64,000 bases of DNA. Source: Candidatus Hadarchaeum sp. (GTDB lineage: Archaea > Hadarchaeota > Hadarchaeia > Hadarchaeales > Hadarchaeaceae). Location of the stretch: assembly GCF_049969415.1 (NCBI RefSeq), contig NZ_JBMFOX010000001.1, forward strand, positions 2,405 to 66,404, given 5' to 3'. The notes below the pieces were generated by a model, which was not told where the DNA came from, did no database searches, and worked only from the letters and a program-made list of their open reading frames with translations. A program made the position numbers and the translations under genes. Positions 26,523 to 36,369 of this stretch are shown here, piece by piece. Positions within the stretch are counted from its first letter, which is position 1, and each line of letters starts with the position of its first letter.

Positions 26523-26900
26523 TTATTGTTCATCGCTGTATTGATTAAAGAAATTAACGCCGGCGTGCTGGCCGTAACCCGTCTTCTGTTTTCAGGCGAC
26601 ATTCAGCTAAGCGGGCTACCACCCGCCTCCGGCAGGCGTTCATCGGCGGCAATTTGCCCTTGCATCCCGCGTGATGGCCGTTTCATCCCCAGCGACACGA
26701 CCTCAGCGTTGCCGCATCATGGCGCGAGTCGTGGGGTGTCGTTTCTGTGCCATCTTCCCGACCTCTCGGCCGTACCCTTGCGGGGCCGCGGACCTGCCCG
26801 ATGGACGGAATTTCCTCAGGCTTGCGCCCGACGGTCGCCCACCAGCTCGCCGGCAATTAAATTCCCATCTTTCAGCCTTTAGATTTTCCGCCTGGACCTA

Positions 26901-27734
26901 TTAACCGAAGGCCACATCGAGGATCATCATTACCACAAATCCCAGCATGGCGCCTATCGTGGCCAAATCATGGTTGCCCCCCGTCTGCGATTCAGGAATC
27001 AGCTCCTCGATGACGACGAAGATCATCGCCCCGGCGGCAAAGGCTAGGGCATAAGGCATGATGGAACGGGCCGAGATGACCGTCGCCGCCCCGATTACGG
27101 CCGCGACCGGCTCAACGACCGCGGACAGCTGCCCGTACCAGAAGCTCCTCAACCGGGACATGCCCTCGCGCCTGAGCGGCAGGGAAACCGCCAGCCCCTC
27201 CGGGAAGTTCTGGATCCCGATGCCGACAGCCAGCGCGGTCGCCCCGGCGAGGGTGGCGAAAGGCAACCCCACAGTAACCGCCCCGAACGCGACCCCCACG
27301 GCGAGCCCCTCGGGGATGTTGTGGAGGGTTATGGCCAAAACGAGCAAAGTGGTTCTCTGCAGGCTCGTCTTGGGTCCCTCCGCCTCGCGCATGGGAAGGC
27401 CGAGATGCAGATGGGGCAGGGCTCTGTCCAAAATCTGCAGTAAAGCCCCGCCGGCGATAAAGCCGACCGCGGCTGGCAACCAGGCCGGAAAACTTCCCTC
27501 CGCAGACATTTCTATCGCCGGGATGAGCAGAGACCAAACGCTGGCCGCGATCATGATGCCAGCCGCAAATCCGAGCATGCCGTCCATCACCCTCCGGTTG
27601 AAAGCCCTGAAAAAGAAAACTCCAGAAGCTCCCAGCGCCGTTAAGCCCCAGGTAAACACGGTGGCCAGAAACGCCTGCATCACGGGATGAAGATCATAAA
27701 AGAAACCAAGCATGCCATCAGCCAGTTTATTCAA
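26901..27734 (-). CDS. ZIP-family divalent metal transporter
   Basis: HNIPEGLAVG motif; polytopic. Confidence 0.8.
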   Translation of the reverse strand: MNKLADGMLGFFYDLHPVMQAFLATVFTWGLTALGASGVFFFRAFNRRVMDGMLGFAAGIMIAASVWSLLIPAIEMSAEGSFPAWLPAAVGFIAGGALLQILDRALPHLHLGLPMREAEGPKTSLQRTTLLVLAITLHNIPEGLAVGVAFGAVTVGLPFATLAGATALAVGIGIQNFPEGLAVSLPLRREGMSRLRSFWYGQLSAVVEPVAAVIGAATVISARSIMPYALAFAAGAMIFVVIEELIPESQTGGNHDLATIGAMLGFVVMMILDVAFG

Positions 27735-27743
27735 GCATAAAAT

Positions 27744-27980
27744 TTAACCATCGACAAGAATTCCCACCACCGGAAACGTCGCCAGAAGTTCATCACCATG
27801 CGGAGCCTTCCCCATTGCCTCGGTCAGGTCTTCGCCGGCCCTGTGCCGGGCCTGGTGCCTGCCACCTTTCCAGAGAAAGCTGGAGGAGACATCATAAACC
27901 TTGCCCCGATAGGCGACATAAGCCGGTCTGCCCTCCCTGCCATCATAAACGGCCAGTTCCTCTCGACTGAACTTTCTCAT
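27744..27980 (-). CDS. Cytochrome b5-like heme/steroid-binding domain protein
   Basis: FSREELAVYDG...YVAYRGKVYDVS..W.GG.H..H.AG.DLT. Confidence 0.55.
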   Translation of the reverse strand: MRKFSREELAVYDGREGRPAYVAYRGKVYDVSSSFLWKGGRHQARHRAGEDLTEAMGKAPHGDELLATFPVVGILVDG

Positions 27981-28034
27981 GTAACCATCAATAGATAACT
28001 TCTAAAAAATAAAAAGGGGAGAGATAACCCCCAC

Positions 28035-28586
28035 CTACTTCAGAAACTTCGACACAAACGGTGACGTCTCTCCCCGCCTTAGGTAGTGTCCGGAAGGCCC
28101 TTCGCCGAGGAACTCCGAGAACCAAGATTCATGTTCGATCTCCTCGTTCAGGATTGACAGGGAAAGGTCATAGGTGCGATGATCTTTGCCCGCAGTTAAA
28201 TTGCAGATGTGTGTGTAGCCTCTTACCGCACATCTCTCCGCCTCGACCAGCACCTTCAACATCGCCCTGATGTCGGTTGGATCCCGGGGCAAGCTCGCCG
28301 GAGGACAGGCCGAGCAGTCGTGGAAGTCCTTCATGTTCTCCGGAAGTTTTCCGCCCAGCTCATATATCCGCGGCACCAAGGCCTCGAAGTGGTTACGGTC
28401 CTCAATTCTCGCCGTTTCGGCAATCTCCTTGATTCCCTCCCCCTCCAGACCGATCAAGTTCACCCGCAGAATTGTGTAGTAGTAATAAGTCGTCAGCTCT
28501 GCCGCTGCGTTCTTCACCAGCAACTCGACCAGCTCGTCGACATTGACGCCTGATCTCTCCACCATCTCCCGCGCCACTTTAGCCAT
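28035..28586 (-). CDS. Ferritin-like / Dps-like protein
   Basis: Four-helix-bundle diiron-like spacing of E/H residues, 183 aa. Confidence 0.45.
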   Translation of the reverse strand: MAKVAREMVERSGVNVDELVELLVKNAAAELTTYYYYTILRVNLIGLEGEGIKEIAETARIEDRNHFEALVPRIYELGGKLPENMKDFHDCSACPPASLPRDPTDIRAMLKVLVEAERCAVRGYTHICNLTAGKDHRTYDLSLSILNEEIEHESWFSEFLGEGPSGHYLRRGETSPFVSKFLK

Positions 28587-28618
28587 TTTCTCACCTCCTG
28601 AAATTTTTCAAACTCTTT

Positions 28619-28843
28619 TTAACCCAAATCTGCTGCCCGTCTTCCGGAATCGGTCAGGAGGTATTTTCCCTGCTCCTCGCGGACCAGGCCGGCTTCCACG
28701 AGTTCCCTTAGGCCGGCCCTAACCCGAAACAGCGGGAGATTTGTCTCCTTGGCGACCTCCTCCGGGGTGCGAGATTCGGCTAGGGCCAAGAGTATTTTTC
28801 TGCCTGACTCGGTGGGCTTGCCATCCGGCGATATGCAGGCCAA
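28619..28843 (-). CDS. Small winged-helix transcriptional regulator
   Basis: wHTH pattern, 74 aa. Confidence 0.45.
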   Translation of the reverse strand: MACISPDGKPTESGRKILLALAESRTPEEVAKETNLPLFRVRAGLRELVEAGLVREEQGKYLLTDSGRRAADLG

Positions 28844-28847
28844 GCCT

Positions 28848-29501
28848 TCACCTCGCCAGCTTCTTTTTGCAGAAGTACCAGTCCTTGCAGTCGTAGCCCT
28901 GTTTCAGCCTTTCCTCGGCCGCCTCCTGGGTGGCCGGAGGAGGAACGATGACGTCCTCACCGGGCCTCCAGTTGGCTGGCGTGGCGACATGGTACTCATC
29001 AGTGGTCTGCAGGGCGTCGATCAGCCTGAGGATCTCGTCGGTGTTCCTCCCCGTCGTCAGCGGGTAGTAGATCATCGCCCGGACGATCCCGTTGGGGTCG
29101 ATCACAAAGACGCATCGGGTAGTCTCGGTCTTGCTTTCTCCCGGCATGATCATACCGTAGAGCTGCGAAACTTTCTTGTCCAAGTCGGCGATCACGGGAA
29201 ACGGTATCTTGACACCGAACTTCTCCTCGATGTTTCTTATCCAAGCGATGTGGGAAGTCACGCTGTCAACGCTCAATCCCAAGAGCTGAACGTTCCTCTT
29301 TTGAAGCTCGGGGTAAATCTTTGCGAAGGCGATGAACTCGGTGGTACAGACGGGCGTGAAATCGGCGGGATGGGAGAACATGATGAGCCAGCTGCCCCTG
29401 AAATCCGAAAGCTTCAGTTTTCCCTGCGTGGTCACGGCCTCGAACTCGGGCGCCTTCTCACCCAGTCGCGGCAGCGTTTTTACCTCCAAACTTTCCTCCA
29501 T
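28848..29501 (-). CDS. Peroxiredoxin
   Basis: Peroxidatic Cys motif FTPVCTTE. Confidence 0.85.
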   Translation of the reverse strand: MEESLEVKTLPRLGEKAPEFEAVTTQGKLKLSDFRGSWLIMFSHPADFTPVCTTEFIAFAKIYPELQKRNVQLLGLSVDSVTSHIAWIRNIEEKFGVKIPFPVIADLDKKVSQLYGMIMPGESKTETTRCVFVIDPNGIVRAMIYYPLTTGRNTDEILRLIDALQTTDEYHVATPANWRPGEDVIVPPPATQEAAEERLKQGYDCKDWYFCKKKLAR

Positions 29502-29544
29502 TTTTTACACCTCCCCATTTTTCTGTCAAAAAAATTCAGTATTT

Positions 29545-29880
29545 TCATCCCCATTTGCCCTTGCCCACGTGGGTCTGAACCTCGGTTCTGGACCTCTGCC
29601 TTATCATCCATGCCATTTCCTTGGCTTGGGTGAATATTTCCAAGCACCTCGGGTCAAGGTTATCCCTGATTCCGTTCTCCGCAACCGCCAAGACCTCGCT
29701 CAGCAGCTTCTGCAGCGAAACATGCAGATCGTTGGTGTATCTGGACCTCTCGATCAGCTGCGCCTTATCATCCGGCAGCTTCTCAAATTTTTCCCTGGGT
29801 GCGCCACAGTTGGGGCACTTCTCCGGCGGATTCTCGCCGTCGTAAATGTAGCCGCAAACCAAACACTTCCACTTCATCAT
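29545..29880 (-). CDS. Rubredoxin-domain protein (N-terminal rubredoxin knuckles plus an uncharacterised C-terminal domain)
   Basis: [12 protein letters not shown]...CPNCGAP. Start re-set to MMKWK to avoid overlapping rubrerythrin. Confidence 0.5.
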   Translation of the reverse strand: MMKWKCLVCGYIYDGENPPEKCPNCGAPREKFEKLPDDKAQLIERSRYTNDLHVSLQKLLSEVLAVAENGIRDNLDPRCLEIFTQAKEMAWMIRQRSRTEVQTHVGKGKWG

Positions 29881-29908
29881 CTCCACACCTCCATCAATTA
29901 TCTCCGTC

Positions 29909-30412
29909 TCAGAACCCCTTAAACTCTGTCTCCGGGGCTCCGCATATGGGACATCTCTTCGGCGCCTCACCCTCAACGGTGTAGCCGCATTTTTTGCAGA
30001 TGTAGATGGTCCCGATTTCAATGTCCGAGCCGCTCAGCACGCTCTGCCTAGCCTGCTGGTACATCCCGGCATGCACCTTCTCCGCCTGCAGCGCATAGTT
30101 AATGCTCCGCTGCGCTCCCAGCTCGTTCTGGAGATCGGCGACGGCTTTAAACGCCGGGTACATCTCCTCAACCTCATATGTCTCACCGTCAATCGCCGCC
30201 TGCAAATTTTCCGCTGAACTTCCGACCTGCCCGAGCGTTCGCAGATGGTTCGCTGCATGCACCAGTTCCGCGTAGGAAATGGCCCGGAAAAGTCTGGCCA
30301 CGTTTTTAAGCCCCTCTTCCTCGGCCCTCTCGGCAAATATGGCGTACTTCATGTGGGCCTGGCTTTCTCCCGCAAAAGCTTCTTTCAAATTTTTCTCGGT
30401 CATTTTCTTCAT
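29909..30412 (-). CDS. rbr: Rubrerythrin
   Basis: N-terminal ferritin-like EAFAGESQA...; C-terminal rubredoxin-like CKKCGY...CPICGAP. Start set at [13 protein letters not shown]. Confidence 0.8.
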   Translation of the reverse strand: MKKMTEKNLKEAFAGESQAHMKYAIFAERAEEEGLKNVARLFRAISYAELVHAANHLRTLGQVGSSAENLQAAIDGETYEVEEMYPAFKAVADLQNELGAQRSINYALQAEKVHAGMYQQARQSVLSGSDIEIGTIYICKKCGYTVEGEAPKRCPICGAPETEFKGF

Positions 30413-30508
30413 CCAATCCCCAAGAGTTAATTTATCTACGGATTTATTAAACTTTTGTCCGAAAAAAGGATTTATATGTCCCAAATTATTATTAAACAGG
30501 ATGAAAAC

Positions 30509-30934
30509 ATGGTGGACGAGCTCGATCTGAAGATTCTGCAAATGCTGGAGAACGACGGCAGCCTATCCTTCACGGAAATTGCCAGGAGGCTGAGGCTGAA
30601 CGAGTCAACGGTCCGGAAAAGAGTTCTTGCCCTGAAGGAGAAAGGAGTGATAAAAAAATTCACCATCGTCGTCGATCATGAAAAGATCGGCTTCTCCACC
30701 TTGGCAGTGGTCGGCATCGACGCCACACCGGATAAACTGCTGGAAATCGCGCAAAAATTGGCGGAACTGCCTGAGACTAAATACGTGGCCACCTCAACGG
30801 GAGACCATATGATAATGACCGAAATCTGGGCCAGGGACGGCAGGGAGCTCTCCAGAATCCTCTCCGAAAAAATCGGTGCCATTGAAGGGGTGAAAAAAAT
30901 CTGTCCGGCTATCATCCTCGAAAAAATCAAGTGA
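30509..30934 (+). CDS. Lrp/AsnC-family transcriptional regulator
   Basis: HTH LDLKILQMLENDGSLSFTEIARRL plus RAM domain. Start at MVDELD. Confidence 0.8.
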   Translation: MVDELDLKILQMLENDGSLSFTEIARRLRLNESTVRKRVLALKEKGVIKKFTIVVDHEKIGFSTLAVVGIDATPDKLLEIAQKLAELPETKYVATSTGDHMIMTEIWARDGRELSRILSEKIGAIEGVKKICPAIILEKIK

Positions 30935-31023
30935 ATTAATCCCGTCTGGTTTTATAGGCTATTGAAAAAATCCCACCAATCTTGAAATACTGCGGCTGGA
31001 TTTTGCTGGATTGTGTAAAGAAA

Positions 31024-31383
31024 TCAGGCCGAAAAATGCTTCTTGTATAGCTCGTCCCGGATAACATCGATGACTTTTGTTCCGACATGAACTTTGGCGA
31101 CCTTCAACTTTTCCTCCTTAAGAAGCGATAGCGCCCCAAGCCCAATCTCGGCGGCCACGACCACGTCCACACCGAACTCTTTCAGCTTCTGAACAACCAC
31201 CCGGCCCCTGCCCCGGGAAAGTCCCGCCGCCGGATTTTTCATTATCTCCAAGTGAACCTTTTTCCCCTCGACTGTGGCTATGGTGAATGTCTCCGCCTTG
31301 GCAAAGTGGTCTGCAACTTCGTCTCCTAGCCCTTTCTGTCCCTTGGTAGCAATGGCCACCTTAACCTTGGCCATATGTGTCAC
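31024..31383 (-). CDS. NifX/NafY-like dinitrogenase FeMo-cofactor-binding domain protein
   Basis: KVAIATKG...HFAKAETF...VVAAEIG pattern. Confidence 0.6.
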   Translation of the reverse strand: MTHMAKVKVAIATKGQKGLGDEVADHFAKAETFTIATVEGKKVHLEIMKNPAAGLSRGRGRVVVQKLKEFGVDVVVAAEIGLGALSLLKEEKLKVAKVHVGTKVIDVIRDELYKKHFSA

Positions 31384-31648
31384 GGGATTTTGATTCTTCC
31401 AGCTGTTTAATCCGTTCCTGAACGAGCTCCAGCTCTTGCTTCAATCTCTCCATATGGTTTTTGAGATAGTCGATTTCTTCTTCCGGAGTCAATGCCATCG
31501 CGGGTGGACGCGGAGCGTAGAGCCACCAGCAGGCTCCCGGACCGTAGAGCCAACCGGGCCGCTGCCAGGGTGGCAAGTAGCTGAACGGACCATGTCCCGG
31601 CCAATCACCGAACCGCCGATATCCCTTCCGACCGAACATTTCCATCAC
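31361..31648 (-). CDS. DUF5320-like small protein
   Basis: Trp/Pro-rich N-terminal half followed by a C-terminal coiled coil. Typical partner of NifX-like genes. Confidence 0.4.
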   Translation of the reverse strand: MMEMFGRKGYRRFGDWPGHGPFSYLPPWQRPGWLYGPGACWWLYAPRPPAMALTPEEEIDYLKNHMERLKQELELVQERIKQLEESKSRDTYGQG

Positions 31649-31774
31649 CGAAATATGTTCTATAGCACAAAATATAAAAAGCTTTGGTTCTGACCAATTC
31701 AGCGGCCATAGGAAATACTAAACGCGTCCGTTCGAAAGTTGGAATATCTGCCGCTGTACCGATTTCTCGAAATC

Positions 31775-32686
31775 TCAAATCTCTATTCCTAGAAATATTC
31801 TAACCCCAACACCGATTAGAAACGTCAGCGCGGCAACCCCGAGGCTGATTGCCGCCATTTCGGCAAATCTCCGCAGAAAAGGAAATCCCCTAGCAACTGA
31901 CACGTAGTAGGTGAAGACAAATATAATGAAAACGGCGAACAGTATTGTCAACCCCAGTGAGAGGAGTGTTTCCTGAAACAGGAGAAACGGAGCTATCAAA
32001 AGCATGACTGTGGCCAGATAAGCTACTCCTGTGTAAAGCGCGGCCTTACCCGGACGTTTTGATGAGTCCTCCGCCTTGGTCGACAGATACTCGGAAGTTG
32101 CCATAGAAACGGAGGCAGCGATGCCCGTGATCAACCCCGCAACGGCAACATAGCGGCTGTTCTCGAAGGCAAAGCTGAACCCGGCCAGTGCCCCAGTTAG
32201 CTCCACCAGAGCGTCGTTCAGTCCCAGCACCATGGAGCTAACATACTCAAGCCTTTCCTCGTGAATTGAATCGATAAGTTGTTTCTCGTGATCCTCCTCA
32301 TCCCTTAGGATTTCCTCAGCCTCCGGTATAATTTTTGACAGCTTTTCATAGTTTTCCTGCGCTCGCTCCTCGCTTTTTTCCATCAATTTCAGGCCAAAGG
32401 TTATTCCGAAAATTCTGGACACAAAAAGATAAAACCAGACCAACGGCCCGTTTGGCTTCACCTCGAGACCCGTGTGGTCCTTCCAGAAATTATAGTGTCT
32501 GAGCTCATCATCCGCCATCCGGCTCAATATCTCCTTAGTCCTCTGGTCCCTCGCCGAAGACGACAGCCTTTTGTAAATGTGAAGGCCGTTGATCTCCTCC
32601 TTCTGCGCAGCAACGAGGCTGTTTTTAATCTCGGTGCTCAAAGGATGAGAATTCATGAAGGTCAATTTATTCTGGACTCCTAACAA
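31775..32686 (-). CDS. VIT1/CCC1-family iron transporter with an N-terminal ferritin-like domain
   Basis: Ferritin-like ExxH N-domain plus a C-terminal 5-TM VIT1 region. Confidence 0.7.
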   Translation of the reverse strand: MLGVQNKLTFMNSHPLSTEIKNSLVAAQKEEINGLHIYKRLSSSARDQRTKEILSRMADDELRHYNFWKDHTGLEVKPNGPLVWFYLFVSRIFGITFGLKLMEKSEERAQENYEKLSKIIPEAEEILRDEEDHEKQLIDSIHEERLEYVSSMVLGLNDALVELTGALAGFSFAFENSRYVAVAGLITGIAASVSMATSEYLSTKAEDSSKRPGKAALYTGVAYLATVMLLIAPFLLFQETLLSLGLTILFAVFIIFVFTYYVSVARGFPFLRRFAEMAAISLGVAALTFLIGVGVRIFLGIEI

Positions 32687-32766
32687 TTTAGATTTTGTCT
32701 TCCGGCAGTGCTACTTAATTCTACCAGAACAATCAGCAGGGTCATTGTCCGTGAGAACAAGTTTAT

Positions 32767-33552
32767 TTATTCTTTCGCTCTCTTAAGCCATCTCAACTTG
32801 CCTCTACCAATCTTCACTTCCACGCGAGGTTTGGTGGCAAGGTAAACCGAGCGAACGTTCATCCCGACAAAGTCATCCTGAACTCGCGTCAGTTCCTGCA
32901 GCGTCAGCGGTCTCACCCGACTGGGTCTCAATGGAGTATTTAACTGGACCTCATCGGGATTTATCTCCTTGGCGATTTTGGCAATTTCACGTGAAAATTT
33001 CATGTTCTCCGGGACTAACATGACCTCCAGCTGAAACCTGCCCCTGAACTCAGCGCGAAATTTCTTTAAACCCTCAACTATCTCGTGGAAATAAATGCCC
33101 GAGTGCGGCCGATTTACCGCCTGAAGTAACTGCTCGTCGGAAACATCCAGCTTGCCTTTCACGATATCTGCCTTGGCCAAATCTTCCCTTACCTCCCTCC
33201 GGATTTTGAGCGAAGAATTGGTCAGAACCGCCACCGGAAGTCCCGAGATTTCTCGGGCTATATCTATAAGCTGCCCCAAGTTCCGAGCCAGCGTTGGTTC
33301 ACCCGTGCCAGAGAAGGTCACCACATCGGCCCTAACCTTATTAACTGCCCGCTTGAGGGCGCGCGCGACCTGGTCTTCGGTGACAAAAACCCTCCGTTCG
33401 ACCGACTTCTCGGTTGTGGGTCCGAGAGAGCAGTAGATGCAGTCGAAGGAGCAAATTTTTCCTTTCTGACAAATCGGATCCACGCCCAGTGATCTCCCCA
33501 GTCGCCAAGAGGAAACCGGACCGTAAACAATTGCCATAAATCGACCAGCCAC
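32767..33552 (-). CDS. Radical SAM domain protein
   Basis: CSFDCIYC (CxxxCxxC) near the N-terminus. Confidence 0.7.
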   Translation of the reverse strand: MAGRFMAIVYGPVSSWRLGRSLGVDPICQKGKICSFDCIYCSLGPTTEKSVERRVFVTEDQVARALKRAVNKVRADVVTFSGTGEPTLARNLGQLIDIAREISGLPVAVLTNSSLKIRREVREDLAKADIVKGKLDVSDEQLLQAVNRPHSGIYFHEIVEGLKKFRAEFRGRFQLEVMLVPENMKFSREIAKIAKEINPDEVQLNTPLRPSRVRPLTLQELTRVQDDFVGMNVRSVYLATKPRVEVKIGRGKLRWLKRAKE

Positions 33553-33648
33553 ATTCTCCTTTAGCCCATTTTTGAACTCGCGACAAATAAATGCCTCGGT
33601 TGCGCCTTAGAAAAGTAACTGCCGATACCAATTGGATTTACCAAGAAA

Positions 33649-34386
33649 TCACAACATCTTGAGCGCCCACATCAGAGCAATTCCGATTATAAACGCGAAG
33701 AAGGCCACCAAGGTTCTGGTGGTGCTCGCCTCTTTGTGCAGCTCGGGAACCAGATCCGAGGCCGCGATGTAGAGAAATCCGCCCGCGGCGAAGGGCAGCA
33801 AAAACATCATCGCGATTTCATGGTGGGGGAACAAATAATAGCCCAGAATTCCTCCTGCCACCGCCGTCAAAGCAGTCACAAAATTCAAAAACAGCGCCTT
33901 TCGAGAGCTGAGACCGCCGTAGACCAAGACGCCGAAATCTCCCAGCTCCTGCGGAATTTCGTGTGCAGCGATGGCGATGGTGGCGGTCAATCCGAGAGGT
34001 ACGCTCACGACGAAACTGGCCGCCATGATCAAGCCATCGATAAAATTGTGCACGCCATCACCAATGAGGTTTAGATAAGCGAAGGTATGTATCGGGCACG
34101 CTCTCTCATGACAGTGCCGCCAGAGCAGTTTCTCCAGGATAAAAAAAATCACGAAACCTACGATCACCATCAAGAAGACATCTTCCAAACTGGCGGTTCC
34201 GCTAGCTATCGCTTCCGGCAACAGGTGGAGAAAACCGCCGCCGATCATAGCCCCAGCAGCAAACCCGATTTGTGCCAGCAATATTTTCTTTAACATATTT
34301 TCTGATAACACCAGTGTGGCCGCCCCGATGAATGAAATCAGGCTAACGATAAATGTAGCCAAAAGAATCCAGAGAACCTCGATCAT
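33649..34386 (-). CDS. ZIP-family divalent metal transporter
   Basis: HEIPQELGDF motif; polytopic. Confidence 0.8.
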   Translation of the reverse strand: MIEVLWILLATFIVSLISFIGAATLVLSENMLKKILLAQIGFAAGAMIGGGFLHLLPEAIASGTASLEDVFLMVIVGFVIFFILEKLLWRHCHERACPIHTFAYLNLIGDGVHNFIDGLIMAASFVVSVPLGLTATIAIAAHEIPQELGDFGVLVYGGLSSRKALFLNFVTALTAVAGGILGYYLFPHHEIAMMFLLPFAAGGFLYIAASDLVPELHKEASTTRTLVAFFAFIIGIALMWALKML

Positions 34387-34387
34387 T

Positions 34388-34831
34388 TCAACCCTCCCGT
34401 TTACATCTTACGTCGGTGAAGATGGTTTTCTTGCAGGGACATGATGTGGGGTGTCCATAGGTGCGACAGATGGTATTAATCAGTTCCATCGAGGCATGAT
34501 AATCCAGTTTAGAAGCCTCTTTACAAGCGCTCTTGGGGTCGTACTTTAACAAATCCGCAAAGAGCACCTCCAAGATGCGGTGTTTTCTTAGCAACTTTCG
34601 GGCCTCTCGTTTGCCTTCCTCAGTCAACTCGACGCCTCGATAGGGCCGGTGGACAAGTAACCGTTTCTTGGAAAGATTTCGCAACACTTCAGTTACCGTG
34701 GCGGGTCGAACTTTGAAAATTTTTGCGATACTTGTGGTACTGACATCCGATGAGCCCTCAACCTGCTTTCTGTAGATCAACATTAGATACTTGGTCTCTG
34801 TCTCTGTCAAAGCTGCTTCCGCCTTCATCAT
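34388..34831 (-). CDS. DtxR/MntR-family metal-dependent repressor with a Cys-rich C-terminal tail
   Basis: DtxR HTH pattern (TTSIAKIFKVRPATVTEVLRNL...). C-tail CKEAS...CRTYGHPTSCPCKK...RCK. Confidence 0.75.
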   Translation of the reverse strand: MMKAEAALTETETKYLMLIYRKQVEGSSDVSTTSIAKIFKVRPATVTEVLRNLSKKRLLVHRPYRGVELTEEGKREARKLLRKHRILEVLFADLLKYDPKSACKEASKLDYHASMELINTICRTYGHPTSCPCKKTIFTDVRCKREG

Positions 34832-34838
34832 TATCAGA

Positions 34839-34861
34839 AAATTTAGGATTTACCTAAATTT
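34839..34861 (+). promoter_or_regulatory. Perfect 9-5-9 inverted repeat AAATTTAGG-ATTTA-CCTAAATTT, 8 bp upstream of the dtxR-family start. Candidate DtxR-type operator overlapping the promoter
   Basis: Read directly from the sequence. The TTAGG...CCTAA ends match the terminal half-sites of the DtxR/IdeR box (TTAGGTTAGCCTAACCTAA). Confidence 0.4.
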
Positions 34862-35002
34862 AACATTTTTGGTTGATAAGACGCAAAAACTTACGTGGCG
34901 ACGATTTAAAATCCAGACGAAACATCAAAAAATGAGTGTATGTCAGAAGTTGCTTTAGATGAACTTTGCCAAAATATTTGTTTTTAACCCGCGGTGCCGG
35001 AC

Positions 35003-35448
35003 ATGATCGGGAAAACTAAATCATTTGAATATGCACTGGAAAGGGCCGGGATGGCAAGGTTTAACTTGGTCTCAGTCTCAAGCACTATCCCGCCCGGGTG
35101 TAAAATGATTAGCCGCGGAAAAGTTTGAAAATGCTCTCATACGGGCAAATTGTCTTTGGAGTTTTCGCCAGATGTTGCGGCAACGAAAGGGGGCGCCTGA
35201 TATCAGCGAGTATCGGCTGTGCGATACCTGCGAACAAGAACACCTATGAGTACATCAGCGGACATGATGCCTGCGGGCAAACCGCGAATGAAGCGGGCGA
35301 CTATGCTGAAGATCTGGCCGCATCAACGCCCGCTGGCTTCCTAGGCCTAACTTTCGATCCTGAGAAAATTTGGAATGAGAGAAAGCAGATTTGGAAAATT
35401 TCGGGGAAAATAGTAAGAACCACCAACATCACCCAGACTACCCTATGA
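35003..35448 (+). pseudogene. pdaD: Pyruvoyl-dependent arginine decarboxylase (PdaD), apparently frameshifted at an A4 run (~35119-35122). Pseudogene or sequencing indel
   Basis: Frame A (35003-35128) gives MIGKTKSFEYALERAGMARFNLVSVSSTIPPGC, matching the PdaD Ser-Ser self-cleavage region. Frame B (35113-35448) gives ...LISASIGCAIPANKNTYEYISGHDACGQTANEAGDY..., which I align by hand with the PdaD alpha chain. The two frames differ by -1. Confidence 0.55.
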
Positions 35449-36369
35449 AGAAAGGAATGTGGTCAACGGTCTTTGCCGCGACTGTATTTGTTCTGTAATA
35501 TTCTTTGGTCCACCAAAAGTAACCGAATCGCCTGTCCTAATCCTTCGACAATTTTTCCCAAACAGGCTAACAAACTTCGCGACGGCCCTGCTGCCCGTGC
35601 AGTGGCACGGCATCAGCGATTCCACGCTGAACTCCTTAAATTTCCCGGCGGTCCAAGTTATCCTTCCCGTGTCTGATTTATACAGATGAAAGCCACCCAA
35701 GACCGCGTGCAAGCAGCTGGAACCGGTCATCCTCTGAGCGCTTTCAATCGTGTTAACTATTCCAGCATGAGCACAGCCGGTGATGACCAACAACCCCGCG
35801 CCCTTGACCCTCACAAAAAGTGCCTGATCGTCAGGGAGGTTGTCCTTAACAAGCCTTCCCTCCCTCTTTGTCCTGAAACCCTTAACCTGCTCCAGCCGGT
35901 TGGTTCTTTTAATTTCACCGCTGACCCAGACACCTGGGACCAATTGGTAAGGTTTTTTATTTCGGATCAAAATACCGCCGGCGCTTTCGAGCTCCGCAGC
36001 CGTGCACGGCATGCCGATCTTCTTGGGCTTCTTCTTTTTTAACACAAATTTTGGTTCAAGCGCCTCTGGATGGAGAATTATGGGCAATTTTTTATTGATA
36101 AACTTCAAAACACCAAGAAGCCCGCCAGTATGATCGCTATGTCCATGGCTGAGGGCGATGTAATCCACTTTCTTCAGGTCAACACCAAGCCTTCTGGCAT
36201 TATCCAAAACCGCCTCCGCCTCAGGCCCGGCATCGAAAAGCAAATGGAGGCTGCCTCGGGCCGATTCAACTTCGATAAAAAAGGATAGCCCATGCTTCGC
36301 AACAAGGTCGGGCCTCCTTTTGGTGTCCTCAATCAGAACCGTAAGTTTCAGGCCATCTATCCCGCGCAA
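35443..36369 (-). CDS. MBL-fold metallo-hydrolase
   Basis: HGHSDHTGG motif. Confidence 0.75.
   Translation of the reverse strand: MRGIDGLKLTVLIEDTKRRPDLVAKHGLSFFIEVESARGSLHLLFDAGPEAEAVLDNARRLGVDLKKVDYIALSHGHSDHTGGLLGVLKFINKKLPIILHPEALEPKFVLKKKKPKKIGMPCTAAELESAGGILIRNKKPYQLVPGVWVSGEIKRTNRLEQVKGFRTKREGRLVKDNLPDDQALFVRVKGAGLLVITGCAHAGIVNTIESAQRMTGSSCLHAVLGGFHLYKSDTGRITWTAGKFKEFSVESLMPCHCTGSRAVAKFVSLFGKNCRRIRTGDSVTFGGPKNITEQIQSRQRPLTTFLSS

Noticed and set aside
28749-29633. 294-aa plus-strand ORF
   Set aside because: Antisense to peroxiredoxin and neighbouring genes
32687-32766. CCTAA-N4-TTAGA everted repeat upstream of the VIT1 gene
   Set aside because: Half-site order is reversed relative to the TTAGG...CCTAA repeats and one half-site is imperfect; possibly a coincidence in an AT-rich spacer
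35003-35130. Programmed -1 ribosomal frameshift in pdaD
   Set aside because: No canonical X-XXY-YYZ slippery heptamer in the zero frame at the A4 run; an indel or pseudogene is more parsimonious
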